From Anthoceros angustus (taxonomy: Eukaryota > Plantae > Anthocerotophyta), in contig MU008158.1 in assembly GCA_010909165.1 (NCBI GenBank), positions 556,581-620,580 on the forward strand: 64,000 bases of DNA, read 5' to 3'. Both the position numbers and the translations under genes were made by a program. How positions within the stretch are numbered: the stretch's first letter is position 1; every line of letters starts with the position of its first letter. Shown here piece after piece: positions 1 to 10,939 of this stretch. Below the pieces are notes generated by a model that saw nothing but the letters and a program-made list of their open reading frames with translations, was not told the origin of the DNA and searched no databases.

Positions 1-2325
1 AAGCTGCTTCCCAAACTCCAAAGCGGACATGCCAATGCCTGCACATGCCTGCAGGAGGCACACAAAAGTCACGGAATCGGGTAGAACCATGCCGTCTGTT
101 TGCATATTACTGTAGAGACGAAGGGCTTTCCACCCCTTCCCCTGCTGAGAATATGCTATCATCATGGCATTCCACGTCACCACATCTTTGCAACCAAGCT
201 TGTCAAACAATCTCTGAGCGTCTGCCAAGCTGCCACACTTTGCGTACATGTTCACCAAACTGTTGGCTACAAACAAATCAGCTTCACGTCCTCGTTCTCT
301 AATCTGAGCATGTAGCTGTCTCCCCTTCTCTAAAGCTGGGGTTCCTATACTTGCGCATGCCTGTAGGAGGCAAACAAAAGTCACTGAATCAGGTATACTG
401 TTACTTTCTTCTGCCATAGAAGTGTAAAGACGAAGGGCTTCCTGACCCATGCCCTGCTGAGAATATCCTGCAATCATGGCATTCCACGTCACGACACCTT
501 TTCGGCCAATCACATCAAAGACACTCTGAGCATCTTCCAAGCTGCCACACTTTGCATACATGGTCACCAAACTGTTGGCTACACACTCATCTGCCTCAAG
601 TCCCTGTTCTCTAATCTGCACATGAAGCTGCTTTCCGATTCCCAAAGCTGGGTTTCCCACACATGCACATGCCTTTAGAATGCACACAAATGTCACAGAA
701 TCAGGTACAGCCACGCCTTCTTGCATAGCCCAGAAAAGACGAATTGCTTCCTGCCCCATGCCGTGCTGAGAATATCCTGCAATTATGGCATTCCACATCA
801 CCACATCCTTCTGACCTAGACCATCAAACACACTCCGAGCATCTTCCAAGCTGCCACATTTTGCATACATGTTCACCAGACTGTTGGCTACAACGTTATC
901 AGCTTGATGTCCTTGTTCTCTAATCTGCACATGTATCTGCCTCCCCTTCTCCAATGCTGGGGCCCCAAGACGTGCACACGCCTGCAGGAGGCACACAAAA
1001 GTCACGGAATCAGGTGTACTGTTGCCTTCTTCTCCCATAGCAGTGTAGAGACAAAGCGCTTCCTGTCCCATGCCCTGATGACAATATCCTGCCATCATGG
1101 CATTCCACGTCGCCACATCTTTTCGACCAAGTCCATCAAACACTCTCTGAGCATCTGCCAAGCTGCCACACTTTGCATACATGTTCACCAAACTGTTAGC
1201 GACTAATACATCAGTTTGACGCCCTTGTTCTCTAATCTGCGCATGAAGCTGCTTCCCCAGCTCCAAAGCTGGGATGCCCTCACTTGCACATGCCTGCAGG
1301 AGGCAGGCAAATGTGATGGAATTGGGTACAGCGCCGCCTTCTGCTCGCATAGCCCTGTAGAGACGCAGGGCTTCCTGAGCCATGCCCTGCTGGGAATATC
1401 CTGAGATCATGGCATTCCAGGTCACCACATCTTTTTGACCAAGTCCGTCAAACACTCTTCGAGCATCTTCTAAGCTGCCACACTTTGCATACATGCCCAC
1501 CAAGCAGCTGCAAACGAACAAATCAGGCTCAACACCAATAGCCAACACATCAGCATGCAGCTGCTGCCCAGTAATCAAGTCTGCTCCCCTTGCACAAGCC
1601 TGAAGGGCTGCCACAAACACATGCCCATCTGGCTTCACACTTGACCTGCGCATGCTATGATACAGTTGTATGGCTTGCTCGTCTTCTCCTTGTTTAACAT
1701 ACGCAGAAATTAAAGACGACCACATGAAGGCATCCGGTGTGGCAACCATGGTGAACACATCCATCGCATCTTGCAACCTGCCATGGGAGGCATACATTCG
1801 CAGGATGTGGTTGCAGATGAACGTGTCCGTCCCGTGTCCCGTCTTCACCGTGAAGGCATGAATGCGGCGACCCAGAGCAACATCCTTCTTCAGTACACAT
1901 TCTTTCAGGACCGTATAAAAGAGAGATCTGGAAACGCAAAAGTCCGTCTCCACCAAAACTCCCAAGGCCTCAACAGCTTCAGCGAGATGGCCTTGCTCAC
2001 ATAGAATGCTCACAGTTTCCGCCGTTACAATGCTTTCGTATCCTGCAGGACTGTTATTCCGCCACAGAGTGTGGCCTCCAAGCAGGCGCTCGCTGGAAGA
2101 CCCATGTCCTGGCAGCCATCCTGTTGGACGTGCTGGTTCTGTTGCAAAGCTTTTGCACCTCGCACCTGCAGTGTTTCCCAACGGTGGGCTCCATGAACTG
2201 AGACCAGCTGGGGCTTTTCCAACAGTGCCTGTGAACCCACCACTTTGTTGGGTCCACGGCAATCGCTCCCACCACGGGTCCACTTGCCCCTTGCGGAGCT
2301 CAATTGCACCACTCCAGACAGCCAT
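1..2325 (-). CDS. PLS-class PPR protein (PPR1), 3'-partial; frame runs off the window start
   Basis: Manual minus-strand translation from ATG 2325 gives MAVWSGAIELRKGQ...PAGYESIVTAETVSILCEQGHLAEAVEALG...FICNHILRMYASHGRLQDAMDVF, followed by P-L-S triplets like those of PPR2-4. It is absent from the ORF track, consistent with having no stop inside the window. Confidence 0.9.
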   Translation of the reverse strand, partial: MAVWSGAIELRKGQVDPWWERLPWTQQSGGFTGTVGKAPAGLSSWSPPLGNTAGARCKSFATEPARPTGWLPGHGSSSERLLGGHTLWRNNSPAGYESIVTAETVSILCEQGHLAEAVEALGVLVETDFCVSRSLFYTVLKECVLKKDVALGRRIHAFTVKTGHGTDTFICNHILRMYASHGRLQDAMDVFTMVATPDAFMWSSLISAYVKQGEDEQAIQLYHSMRRSSVKPDGHVFVAALQACARGADLITGQQLHADVLAIGVEPDLFVCSCLVGMYAKCGSLEDARRVFDGLGQKDVVTWNAMISGYSQQGMAQEALRLYRAMRAEGGAVPNSITFACLLQACASEGIPALELGKQLHAQIREQGRQTDVLVANSLVNMYAKCGSLADAQRVFDGLGRKDVATWNAMMAGYCHQGMGQEALCLYTAMGEEGNSTPDSVTFVCLLQACARLGAPALEKGRQIHVQIREQGHQADNVVANSLVNMYAKCGSLEDARSVFDGLGQKDVVMWNAIIAGYSQHGMGQEAIRLFWAMQEGVAVPDSVTFVCILKACACVGNPALGIGKQLHVQIREQGLEADECVANSLVTMYAKCGSLEDAQSVFDVIGRKGVVTWNAMIAGYSQQGMGQEALRLYTSMAEESNSIPDSVTFVCLLQACASIGTPALEKGRQLHAQIRERGREADLFVANSLVNMYAKCGSLADAQRLFDKLGCKDVVTWNAMMIAYSQQGKGWKALRLYSNMQTDGMVLPDSVTFVCLLQACAGIGMSALEFGKQL

Positions 2326-2907
2326 ACACTCCAGTCACGGAGCATGCATTGCCTGGAATACGATGCGTTCCATGAGCGATCCTTCTCACAGCTCCATCAG
2401 ATGCTGCATCTAAGAATTCGAGGACTGATAGAACATCGATCCAAAATCGCTGCCCATCAGAGAACAATTTGGAGTGTGGTGATGTTCGAGCTGAAACGGC
2501 AACCACTCCCCTGCGCGGACGCCAGGTAGATGCCGCAGTCTAACACGAACAAGGAGGGCAGATTCAAGGATCAAGACCTGAGCTATCTCGACAGAATGTA
2601 TAAGCTTTTCGGAGATTTCTCACAGCTCTGAGGCGTACTATGTCATCGCAAAATGCAGGAGTAGCTACGCAATAGCCTGCGGTCGCAATTTTGAGCAAAC
2701 CGTCATCATGCGTCCTGGACCGGCTTTTAAAGAAAAGTTGAAGAAGAAAACAGAAACCGGTTATTATGAGCGCATAACGAAGAAAAAAACTTTTTATTGA
2801 AGTCCACTAAGGAAGAACTACCTCCACGGATGGCACCCCGTAACGGATGAAGAGATAAACCAGGTCCTCCCTTCAAGGTGTAGACATCCGGTGATTAGAA
2901 CTCCACA

Positions 2908-3035
2908 GTTAAGCGTCCTTGGTGGGATCGGTTTTTGAAAATCCAGAGTTAAGTATACTTACCAGGATCGATTCTTGGCTGCGATATTATCCATGGGAGG
3001 ATCCGTTAAGTGTCCTTAGGTGGATCGGTTCTTGG
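2908..3035. repeat. Three imperfect ~30-bp direct repeats (GTTAAG...GATCG.TTYTTG)
   Basis: Copies start at 2908, 2948 and 3005. Confidence 0.6.
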
Positions 3036-3334
3036 GTGGGGTGTTGTCCATGGGGGATATGTCCAAATGGATATAGATTTGCGCTTCAATCGGTATTTAC
3101 ATGGGTTGTCTAAAGGAAGTGGATGCCCTTGTTGCAAGTAGCTTAGGCCCTCCATGGTAGAAGTTGTTAAGTACCAAGTCCCATAATAGGAACATTCCGT
3201 CCAAGTGAACTATGATATATTCTTTTTCTTCTTCTTGGATGGGGTGTTGTGCATCCCTAGCTATAAATATCATGCTCTTGTCTCCCAATGTATAGGGTCA
3301 TGGGTTGTTAGTACTCTACAAGGTTACTTCAGTC

Positions 3335-3431
3335 GTTATGGCCCTAAGAGTTACTTTCCGTTATGGCCCTAAGAGTTACTTTCCTTTATGGCCCTACGGG
3401 TTACTTCCCATTATTGCCCTACTGGTTACTC
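3335..3431. repeat. 25-bp tandem repeat x4 (gttatggccctaagagttactttcc)
   Basis: Two perfect copies followed by two degenerating copies. Confidence 0.85.
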
Positions 3432-4887
3432 CTTATTAAATTTCAACACGGGACTTCGATGTATACTTTGAAATAAATATATAAAGTTTTTCAATGCGTT
3501 AAGAAAGAGATAAACCAAGATAAATTTATACTCATTAGTTTACCATGAGTTAGGCACGGAGAGCACATTTCGGGTCCATTTGTGCTATATTTTGAGCAAT
3601 TTTAAAAAATAATTTAAAAAATAGAACAATAAAGGATGTACCAAATATTTTCTTTTTAGTTTAAAAAATATCTTTTAAATAAAGAAATCACACTTCCCTT
3701 GTTCCAAAGGCTCAACTTGAGCCTTTGTGTCTAGAAGGCCTAAGCGGGCTTTTCTACTAATTAAGCATACTAGAAAAGAAAAATCCAATAGACATGTTCC
3801 AAACTTTCATAATTACCGCGCTGGTGCTCATATCTATACATGAAGCGTTGAACGCATGGAGAACTCATGTGGAATCCATGGAAGAACGCATCCATCTAAG
3901 AACACATGGAATCCAAGTTAGATTCCTTCAATGCTTCTCATGAAACATTGATCCACATGAGCATGTGATCTTTGGACATTTTGTTAGGGCGGGATGTTGT
4001 CCACGGAGAAAATGCTCGAGAGTTTTTGGTTCGCCCCAAAATTTTGGTTGGCATTGTTGCCATCTTTTTAACCTCTTCCTTGTTTTCTTGGGCATTTTTC
4101 TAGTTTGTTGCTGGTAAGCCAACAAAGGGTCGATCAATGCTGGCCTAAGGAATATGACCAATGGAATATGTTCCACTGGTAAATGATATCTGAGATAGCC
4201 TAATGATAAAAGGGAAAAGAAGACTTTACTATAAAAAAGAGATGGGAAAAATTCATCCACAAAAAAATCAAAGGACACCATGCCAAGGGGGACTAGCCCC
4301 CCACAACTACCAACCGCCCAAAGAACTTCGTGGTCAGGCTGTGAAAAGGCCTACTTACTACCAGCAGTGAAGAAGCTGACTCTCGTTGTGCACACTAGAT
4401 TTTGAGAAACATTCAATATCAAAAGTTGTAGTGGCTTTGCAAGGTGTCTATGCTTTTCACCTAGACAAATCCAAATAGATGATGGTGGTAGCAAGATTTT
4501 CCTGGAAGAATACAGGGTGTGGAAACTCCACACGAGCACCATTTCCAAGAGCTTGCCACCAATAGAGCTCCGAAGTTGTGTTCGTAATTCACAGGTGTGC
4601 GTATCGAGAACTAAGGAAGCTGGCAGGTATCAACTCTCGCTCTGCCAAGAGCCAGATGCGGAAGGCTAGAAGTTTGAACGGCATACTGTAGTATGACAAC
4701 CCGATGTGATCTGTGACATGCCGTTGCTTCGCAGCACTATACAGTGCTATGGTCGTCTCTGTCGAGTCTGCTGCTCCAGGATTTGATGTCGGCAAAGTTA
4801 CCAGGCCTGGCTGTTTCCTGCATCATCCAATTGCATGGTGTTCCAAGTAAGCTGCAGCCACAGGCTCAGCGCGTGGTGCTCCGAACC

Positions 4888-7800
4888 ATGGCTGCATGGA
4901 GTGTTGCAATTCAGTCACGCAAAGGGCAACTGGGCCCATCCATTGGGCCTTTGTGGGCACCGATTTCGGCAGCTTCATGTGCAGTTCGGTTCTCTGGATG
5001 TGGGTATGGAGATGGGGAGTGGTGCTTCCAAACCCAACTGGAGCTTGCTGGACGATTGTAATCAACCTCGCAGGCCTGCAGGATACGAGCACGGCGTGAC
5101 GGCTGAAACAGTGAAGGAGCTATGTCAGCAAGGCTATCACGCTGAGGCTGTTGAGGCCTTGGGAGTTCTGCTGGAGACAGACGGTTGTGTTTCCAGATCT
5201 CTCTTTTATTATGTGCTGAAGGTTTGTGTAGCGAAGAAGGATGTGGTTCTGGCCCGCCGTGTTCATGGTTTCACGGTGAAGAAAGGGCGTGGGGGGGACC
5301 CCTTTCTGTGCAACCACATCCTGCGAATGTATGCTTCCCATGGCAGGTTGCAGGACGCGATGGATGTGTTCAACATGGTTGCCAGTCCGGATGCCTTCAT
5401 GTGGTCTTCCATAATTTCTGCACATGTGAAATACGGACAACACGAGCAGGCCCTCCAACTGTATCATCAGATGCGCAGATCAAGTGTGAAGGCAGATGGG
5501 CATGTGTTTGTGGCAGCTCTCCAGGCGTGTGCAAGGGTGGGAGACTTGAAAATTGGGCAGGAACTGCATGCTGATGTGTTGGCTAGTGGCACTGAGCCTG
5601 ATCTGTTCGTTTACAGCTGCCTTGTGGACATGTATGCAAAGTGCGGTAGCTTGGAAGACGCTCAGAGAGTCTTTGACGGGCTTGGTCGAAAAGATGTCGT
5701 GACGTGGAATGCCATGATCGCAGGATATGCCCAGCAGGGGATGGGTCAGGATGCCCTGCGTCTCTACAGGGATATGGAAGTGGAAGGCAGCGCAGTTCCC
5801 AATTCCATCACTTTCTTGTGCCTCCTGCAGGCATGTGCAAGTGTGGGCAAGCCAGCTTTGGAGATGGGGAAGCAGCTTCATGCACAGATTCGAGAACGAG
5901 GACATCAGGCTGATGTGTTTGTATCCAACAGTTTGGTGACCATGTATGCAAAGTGTGGCAGCTTGGAATATGCTCAGCAACAGTTTGAGGGACTTGTTAA
6001 AAAAGATGTTGTCACATGGAATGCCATGATCTCGGCATATTCCCAGCAGGGCTTGGGGCTGGAGGCCCTTCGTATTTATAGTGCCATGCAAGAAGAAGGC
6101 ATAGTTGCACCCGATGCTGTGACATTTGTCTGCCTCCTGCAGGCATGTGCAGGTCTAGGCAGCCCAGCTTTGGAGAAGGGGAAGCAACTCCATGCACAGA
6201 TCAGAGAACAGGGACATCAAGCCCATGTAGTTGTAGCAAACAGTTTGCTGAACATGTATGCAAAGTGTGGCAGCTTGGGAGATGCTCGGAGAGTGTTTGA
6301 TGGGCTGGTTCAGAAAGGTGTTGTAACGTGGAATGCCATGATGTCAGGATATTCCCAACAGGGTATGGGACAGGAGGCTCTTTGTCTTTACTGCACTATG
6401 CAAGACGAAGGCATGGCTGTACCTGATTCTGTGACATTTGTGTGCCTTTTGCAGGCGTGTGCAAGTCTGGGCCACCTAGCTTTGGATAAGGGAAAGCAGT
6501 TGCATGAGCAGATTAGAGATCGAGGATATCAAAATGATGTGTTTGTCGGCAACAGTTTGGTGAACATGTATGCAAAGTGTGGTAGCTTGGAGGGTGCTCA
6601 GAGAATCTTTAACGGACTTGGTGAAAAGAGTGTGGTGACGTGGAATGCCATGATGGCAGGATATTCCCAGCAGGGTAAGGGGCACGAAGCCCTTCATCTA
6701 TACACTGTTATGCTAGACGAGGGGATAACTTCACCTGATTCAGCGACATTTGTGTGCCTTCTGCAGGCATGTGCAAGTGTGGGCACTCCAGCGCTGGAGA
6801 AAGGGAAGCAGCTTCATGCGCAGATCAGGGAACGAGGACTTCAAGTTGATGTATACGTTGCTAACAGCTTGATCAACATGTACGCAAAGTGTGGCAGCTT
6901 GGAAGATGCTCAACGAGTGTTTGACGGACTTGGCAGAAAAGATGTGGTGACATGGAATGCGATGATAGCAGGATATTCCCAGCTGGGTATGGGTTGGGAA
7001 GCCCTTCGTTTTAACTTTGCTATGGAAGAAGAAGGCATTTCTGTACCTGATTGTGTGACATTTGTATGCCTCCTGCAGGCCTGCACAAGTTTGGGCACCC
7101 AAGCTTTGGAGATGGGGAAGCAGCTTCATACTCAGATTCGGGAACGAGGACATCAAGCTGACGTGTTTGTAGCCAACAGTTTGGTGAGCATGTATGCGAA
7201 GTGCGGCAGCTTGGAAGATGCTCAGCGAGCGTTTGACGAACTTGTCCTGAAGGATGTCGTAACATGGAATGCCATAATTACAGGATATTCCCAGCAGGGC
7301 ATGGGGCAGGAAGCCCTTCGTCTTTACACTGACATGCAAGAAGGCATAACCATTGCTGACTCCTTGACTTATGTGTGCCTCCTGCAGGCATGTGCTAATG
7401 TGGCAGCTTTGGATCTGGGAAGGCGGCTACATGCACAGATAGAAGAACAAGGGCTTCAAGGTGATGTGGTGATAGCCGGCAGCTTGATAAACATGTACGG
7501 AAAGTCCGGGAGCATGGTTGATGCGCAGCAGACATTTGATGCAATGTCTGACAGAGATGTTGTCACTTGGAGTGCACTGATTGCAGGCCACACCTGTCAG
7601 GGAAACAGTGAAGCCGTCTTTGACTTGGTTCAGAGAATGGAAGAGGATGGCATACAGCCAGACAGCGTCACATTCCTTAGTCTACTAACAGTGTGCAGCC
7701 ATGCAAATCTTGTAAATAAGGGGAGAGAGTACTTCGGTTCTATGAGCAGACACTATGGCATAACTCCCACGGTGGAGCACTACACTTGCATGGTGGATCT

Positions 7801-8155
7801 CCTTGGCCGTGCAGGCCGACTGGATGACGCACTAGCTTTGGTGAGGACAATGTCTGTGCTGCCTAATGCTGCAGTCTGGCACAGTGTGTTGGGTGCTTGT
7901 CAAAAGTGGAGAAACGTGGAGGTGGGACGCCATGCCTTTGAACAAGCGATAGGGCTAGATAAGAAAGATGCTGCAGCATACGTCTTGATGTCGAACATTT
8001 ATACAGGTGCCCAGATGTGGGATCAGGCAAAGAAGATCTTGGAGATGAGAAAAGCATTTAGGGTATGGAAACAGCCTGGTCAAAGCTGGTGGACAGACAT
8101 GGACGGCCAGGTGCATAGTTTTCTAGCTGGGACTAAAACGCATCTTGACGGTTGA
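4888..8155 (+). CDS. PLS-class E+ PPR protein (PPR2), organellar RNA-editing specificity factor; start uncertain
   Basis: ORF 4835..8155 (1106 aa) has repeated P (VVTWNAMIAGYSQQG), L (VTFVCLLQACAS) and S (SLVNMYAKCGSLEDA) motifs, P2-L2-S2, E1/E2 and WKQPGQSWW...VHSF. The ATG homologous to those of PPR1/PPR4 is at 4888, in another frame (see findings). Confidence 0.93.
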
Positions 8156-8350
8156 GCAAGGTCGAAACAGATGGGTTCAAAGCAAAGAACAGGGATTTGT
8201 GGTGGTGGTGGTCCGCTTAACAGGGTATGAACTTTTATGAAGATGTGAGTTTGTGACGAAGAATTTGGATGGGCGTACAGTTCTTGGAACTCTGCATGGC
8301 AACTACCTGCATGACGGTCTTTTTCGGAGAGCAGTTTTTGTGGAGCCAGG

Positions 8351-10327
8351 TCAATCTTTGGTCCTAATTATTGTCAGAGTCCCCGAGCCTTGAGTATGAA
8401 TGGTTCTCAGGCTCACCACTGACTTCCCCGAGAGGCCTATTCCAGTTTCTGAAGGGTTTGCCCGACTGCCATCCTCGGCAAAGGTTGGAATAGATGGCAT
8501 TCCAGTGCGCGCCTTGGGAGTAGAAATCCGTTCATTTATGTCGTCCAGTGTCACATTGCCCCCCACTCCTGGAAGGGGTTTCACGATATCAAATGGACAT
8601 AAGGGGACGGGCGTCACTAGTTTTGGTTTTGGTTTGCGTTGAGTTGATTGCTGGCTGCCTGCACCAGTCAGAAAGCAGTTGCTCAGGCAGCTCAGAACAC
8701 CGTCCAGGTTTGTTTGCTCTCTGGCACTGAGAACTCACCAGGGGTAGAAGGCCTGCTGCGAAAGGGTGTATGAGTGCCTTGCGCTCCTATCTCTTCACGC
8801 CCTACCAGCATCTGCAAACCTGAATTCCCCACAACTACGTTAGACATACGAGTTCACATCAACCAGCTTGGCCTGGAAAGCAGGGCTTCACCACTATCAA
8901 TCTTTGTTTACCTGGGGACGCAAAGACACACCGCATGGGATTCCTGGATTTGGAACCCAACAAACACTCGGATTGTCAGGGTGGGAGGACAAAAACATCA
9001 CGACGTCATGCCCAACGTAGCTCTGGGACTTGGATTAGAGTAAAGACACACTTCTCATGACTATATCGGTGTTGGGAAACACAGGGCAAACGCTCGACAC
9101 CGTAATCCGCTTGACTTTGCTGAGAGCATTCATCAGTCCAGACCTTCGTGTCGAGGAACTCATGGTCTTGAGAGCATTCATCAGTCCAGACCTTCGTGTC
9201 GAGGAACTCATGGTCTTGAGAGCATTCATCAGTCCAGACCTTCGTGTCGAGGAACTCATGGTCTTGAGAGCATTCATCAGTCCAGACCTTCGTGTCGAGG
9301 AACTCATGGTCTGCATTCTCGTCTTTGGCAAACGTGGGAAGTCCTTCCTGCAATTGGGGATGCCCATGTACCCACGCTTGCCCCTTGTGCAATAATCCTC
9401 CTTCGGTCTTTGGTTGGTGCAGAGCATGTAGCCCCAACCATCCATGCTCCTCGGTATGGGCATCGCCTACGGTACTGCCTGGAGAGAGCATCACTTTTGA
9501 GGTCCTGGCAGCACCTGGAGCTAGTGCCCTTTCTTGTGCACTTGCATCCCACCCAACCTGGACTTTACACCAACTTACCAGCTTTTGGATACCAGTATGC
9601 ACTGGAGGACATCCTGCTGTAGTAACCAGATCTCTGAGATGCTTCCGTGAACGACGACTCCTGGGATGACTGTGGGTGGTGACCATATTGCACTCACATT
9701 TCAACAGTAAGTATACCGCCCAAACTTCCTCACCTATCAAGAAGCATGAGCAAGATGGTGAGTGCAAAGGCGGCTGGGTTTGTACTTACTTCAACTTGGT
9801 ATTCCGGATGCTGAGAGTTGGTGCTATAATCAGAAGCTGCCTCAGGATACTCCAACATCCGCCTCCTTTTCGGTCGAGGGCTACCGACAGCATCTGGGGG
9901 CTCTACTGCACACCCCGCTATGTTGCCATCTGAGCATAACAAGAATTGCAGAGCATCAGCACCATAGAATTGCAGAAAAACAAGAGCCAAAGGAAACAAA
10001 AAACAGTATGGAGGTACGGTGGGCACCTTGGCTACAATGGGAGTAGAATACTGGTGAACTTCCCGGCATCCGGGAGATGGGAGTCCCTGACTCGGTCGAT
10101 CTTCGATGGGCGTCCTGCACAATCTCAGCTATCTCGTCCCACAACGAAGGAGAGATACCTGACAAAATTCACTGTGAATTGAGCACCTGGGTACCACTCT
10201 GTACTTAGCAACCCCTGCTGTATGGCAAGAGCATGAAGCCAAAATTGATCGTCCTCCACCAACCTGGCGGATCGCCATCGTCCGGCCAGCTGGGAATCGC
10301 GTCAGCATCATTCTCCCTGTTCGCCAT
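8351..10327 (-). CDS. XRI1-family protein, multi-exon
   Basis: Last exon PFDIVKPLPGVGGNVTLDDINERI...GLSGKSVVSLRTIHTQGSGTLTIIRTKD* resembles the XRI1-family C-terminus. An internal exon has PKRRRMLEY and another SPSLWDE. GT-AG junctions are visible. Start (ATG 10327) and the middle exons are approximate. Confidence 0.72.
9122..9312. repeat. 48-bp perfect tandem repeat x4 inside the XRI1-like gene
   Basis: Unit gagagcattcatcagtccagaccttcgtgtcgaggaactcatggtctt; on the minus strand it reads (DHEFLDTKVWTDECSQ)x4. Confidence 0.97.
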
Positions 10328-10939
10328 GCGGGCTGCCGCTGCAGCCTGCGCATGGACGACAAGGAAGGAGGTAGCAGCTCCAGTCTACAACAAACTAGAG
10401 CACGGCATCTTGCTCCTTCTGATTAGTCCTCGCCCGCAATGACTCCCCTCCCTCTAAGCAATCCCAATTGCGCTACGCAGAATCCCCAACGGCACAGCGC
10501 AAGATCCCGGCAGCGGCAAAGAATTGACCCTCTCCCGCAGCATTGCTCACTCAGGGGGTCGGGCCGGGGCCCGGGAAGCGGAGAAGAAGCACACGGCCAG
10601 ACAGGACAGAATTCCGGCGCCGCAATTCTGTCCCGCGGTCGGTCTTAGTCCATGTGTTTACGTTGCGGAGTTCATGAACCCAAGAAAAGTGGATGAGCTC
10701 CCATTCTCCTGAGTTCAAGGAATCAACACCTGGCACACGTAAAGATTGCGATGTGCAGCACTTCCAACAGAACTAGCAGAACAAGGGGGTCAGACAGAGG
10801 AGTAACTTCTAGAAGCCAGCTTGGGTGGATGCGCAGCGCGGGTCGCTGGATGTGGGCATGGACATGAGTGGTGGTGCCTGGAAGTACAACTGGAGCCTGC
10901 TGGGTCATGTAGGAACGCGCAGGCCTGCTAGATCCGGAA

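Noticed and set aside
9122-9312. Repeat arrays (48-bp, 25-bp, 55654 cluster) as CRISPR-like
   Set aside because: No unique spacers, no cas genes, and a eukaryotic context.
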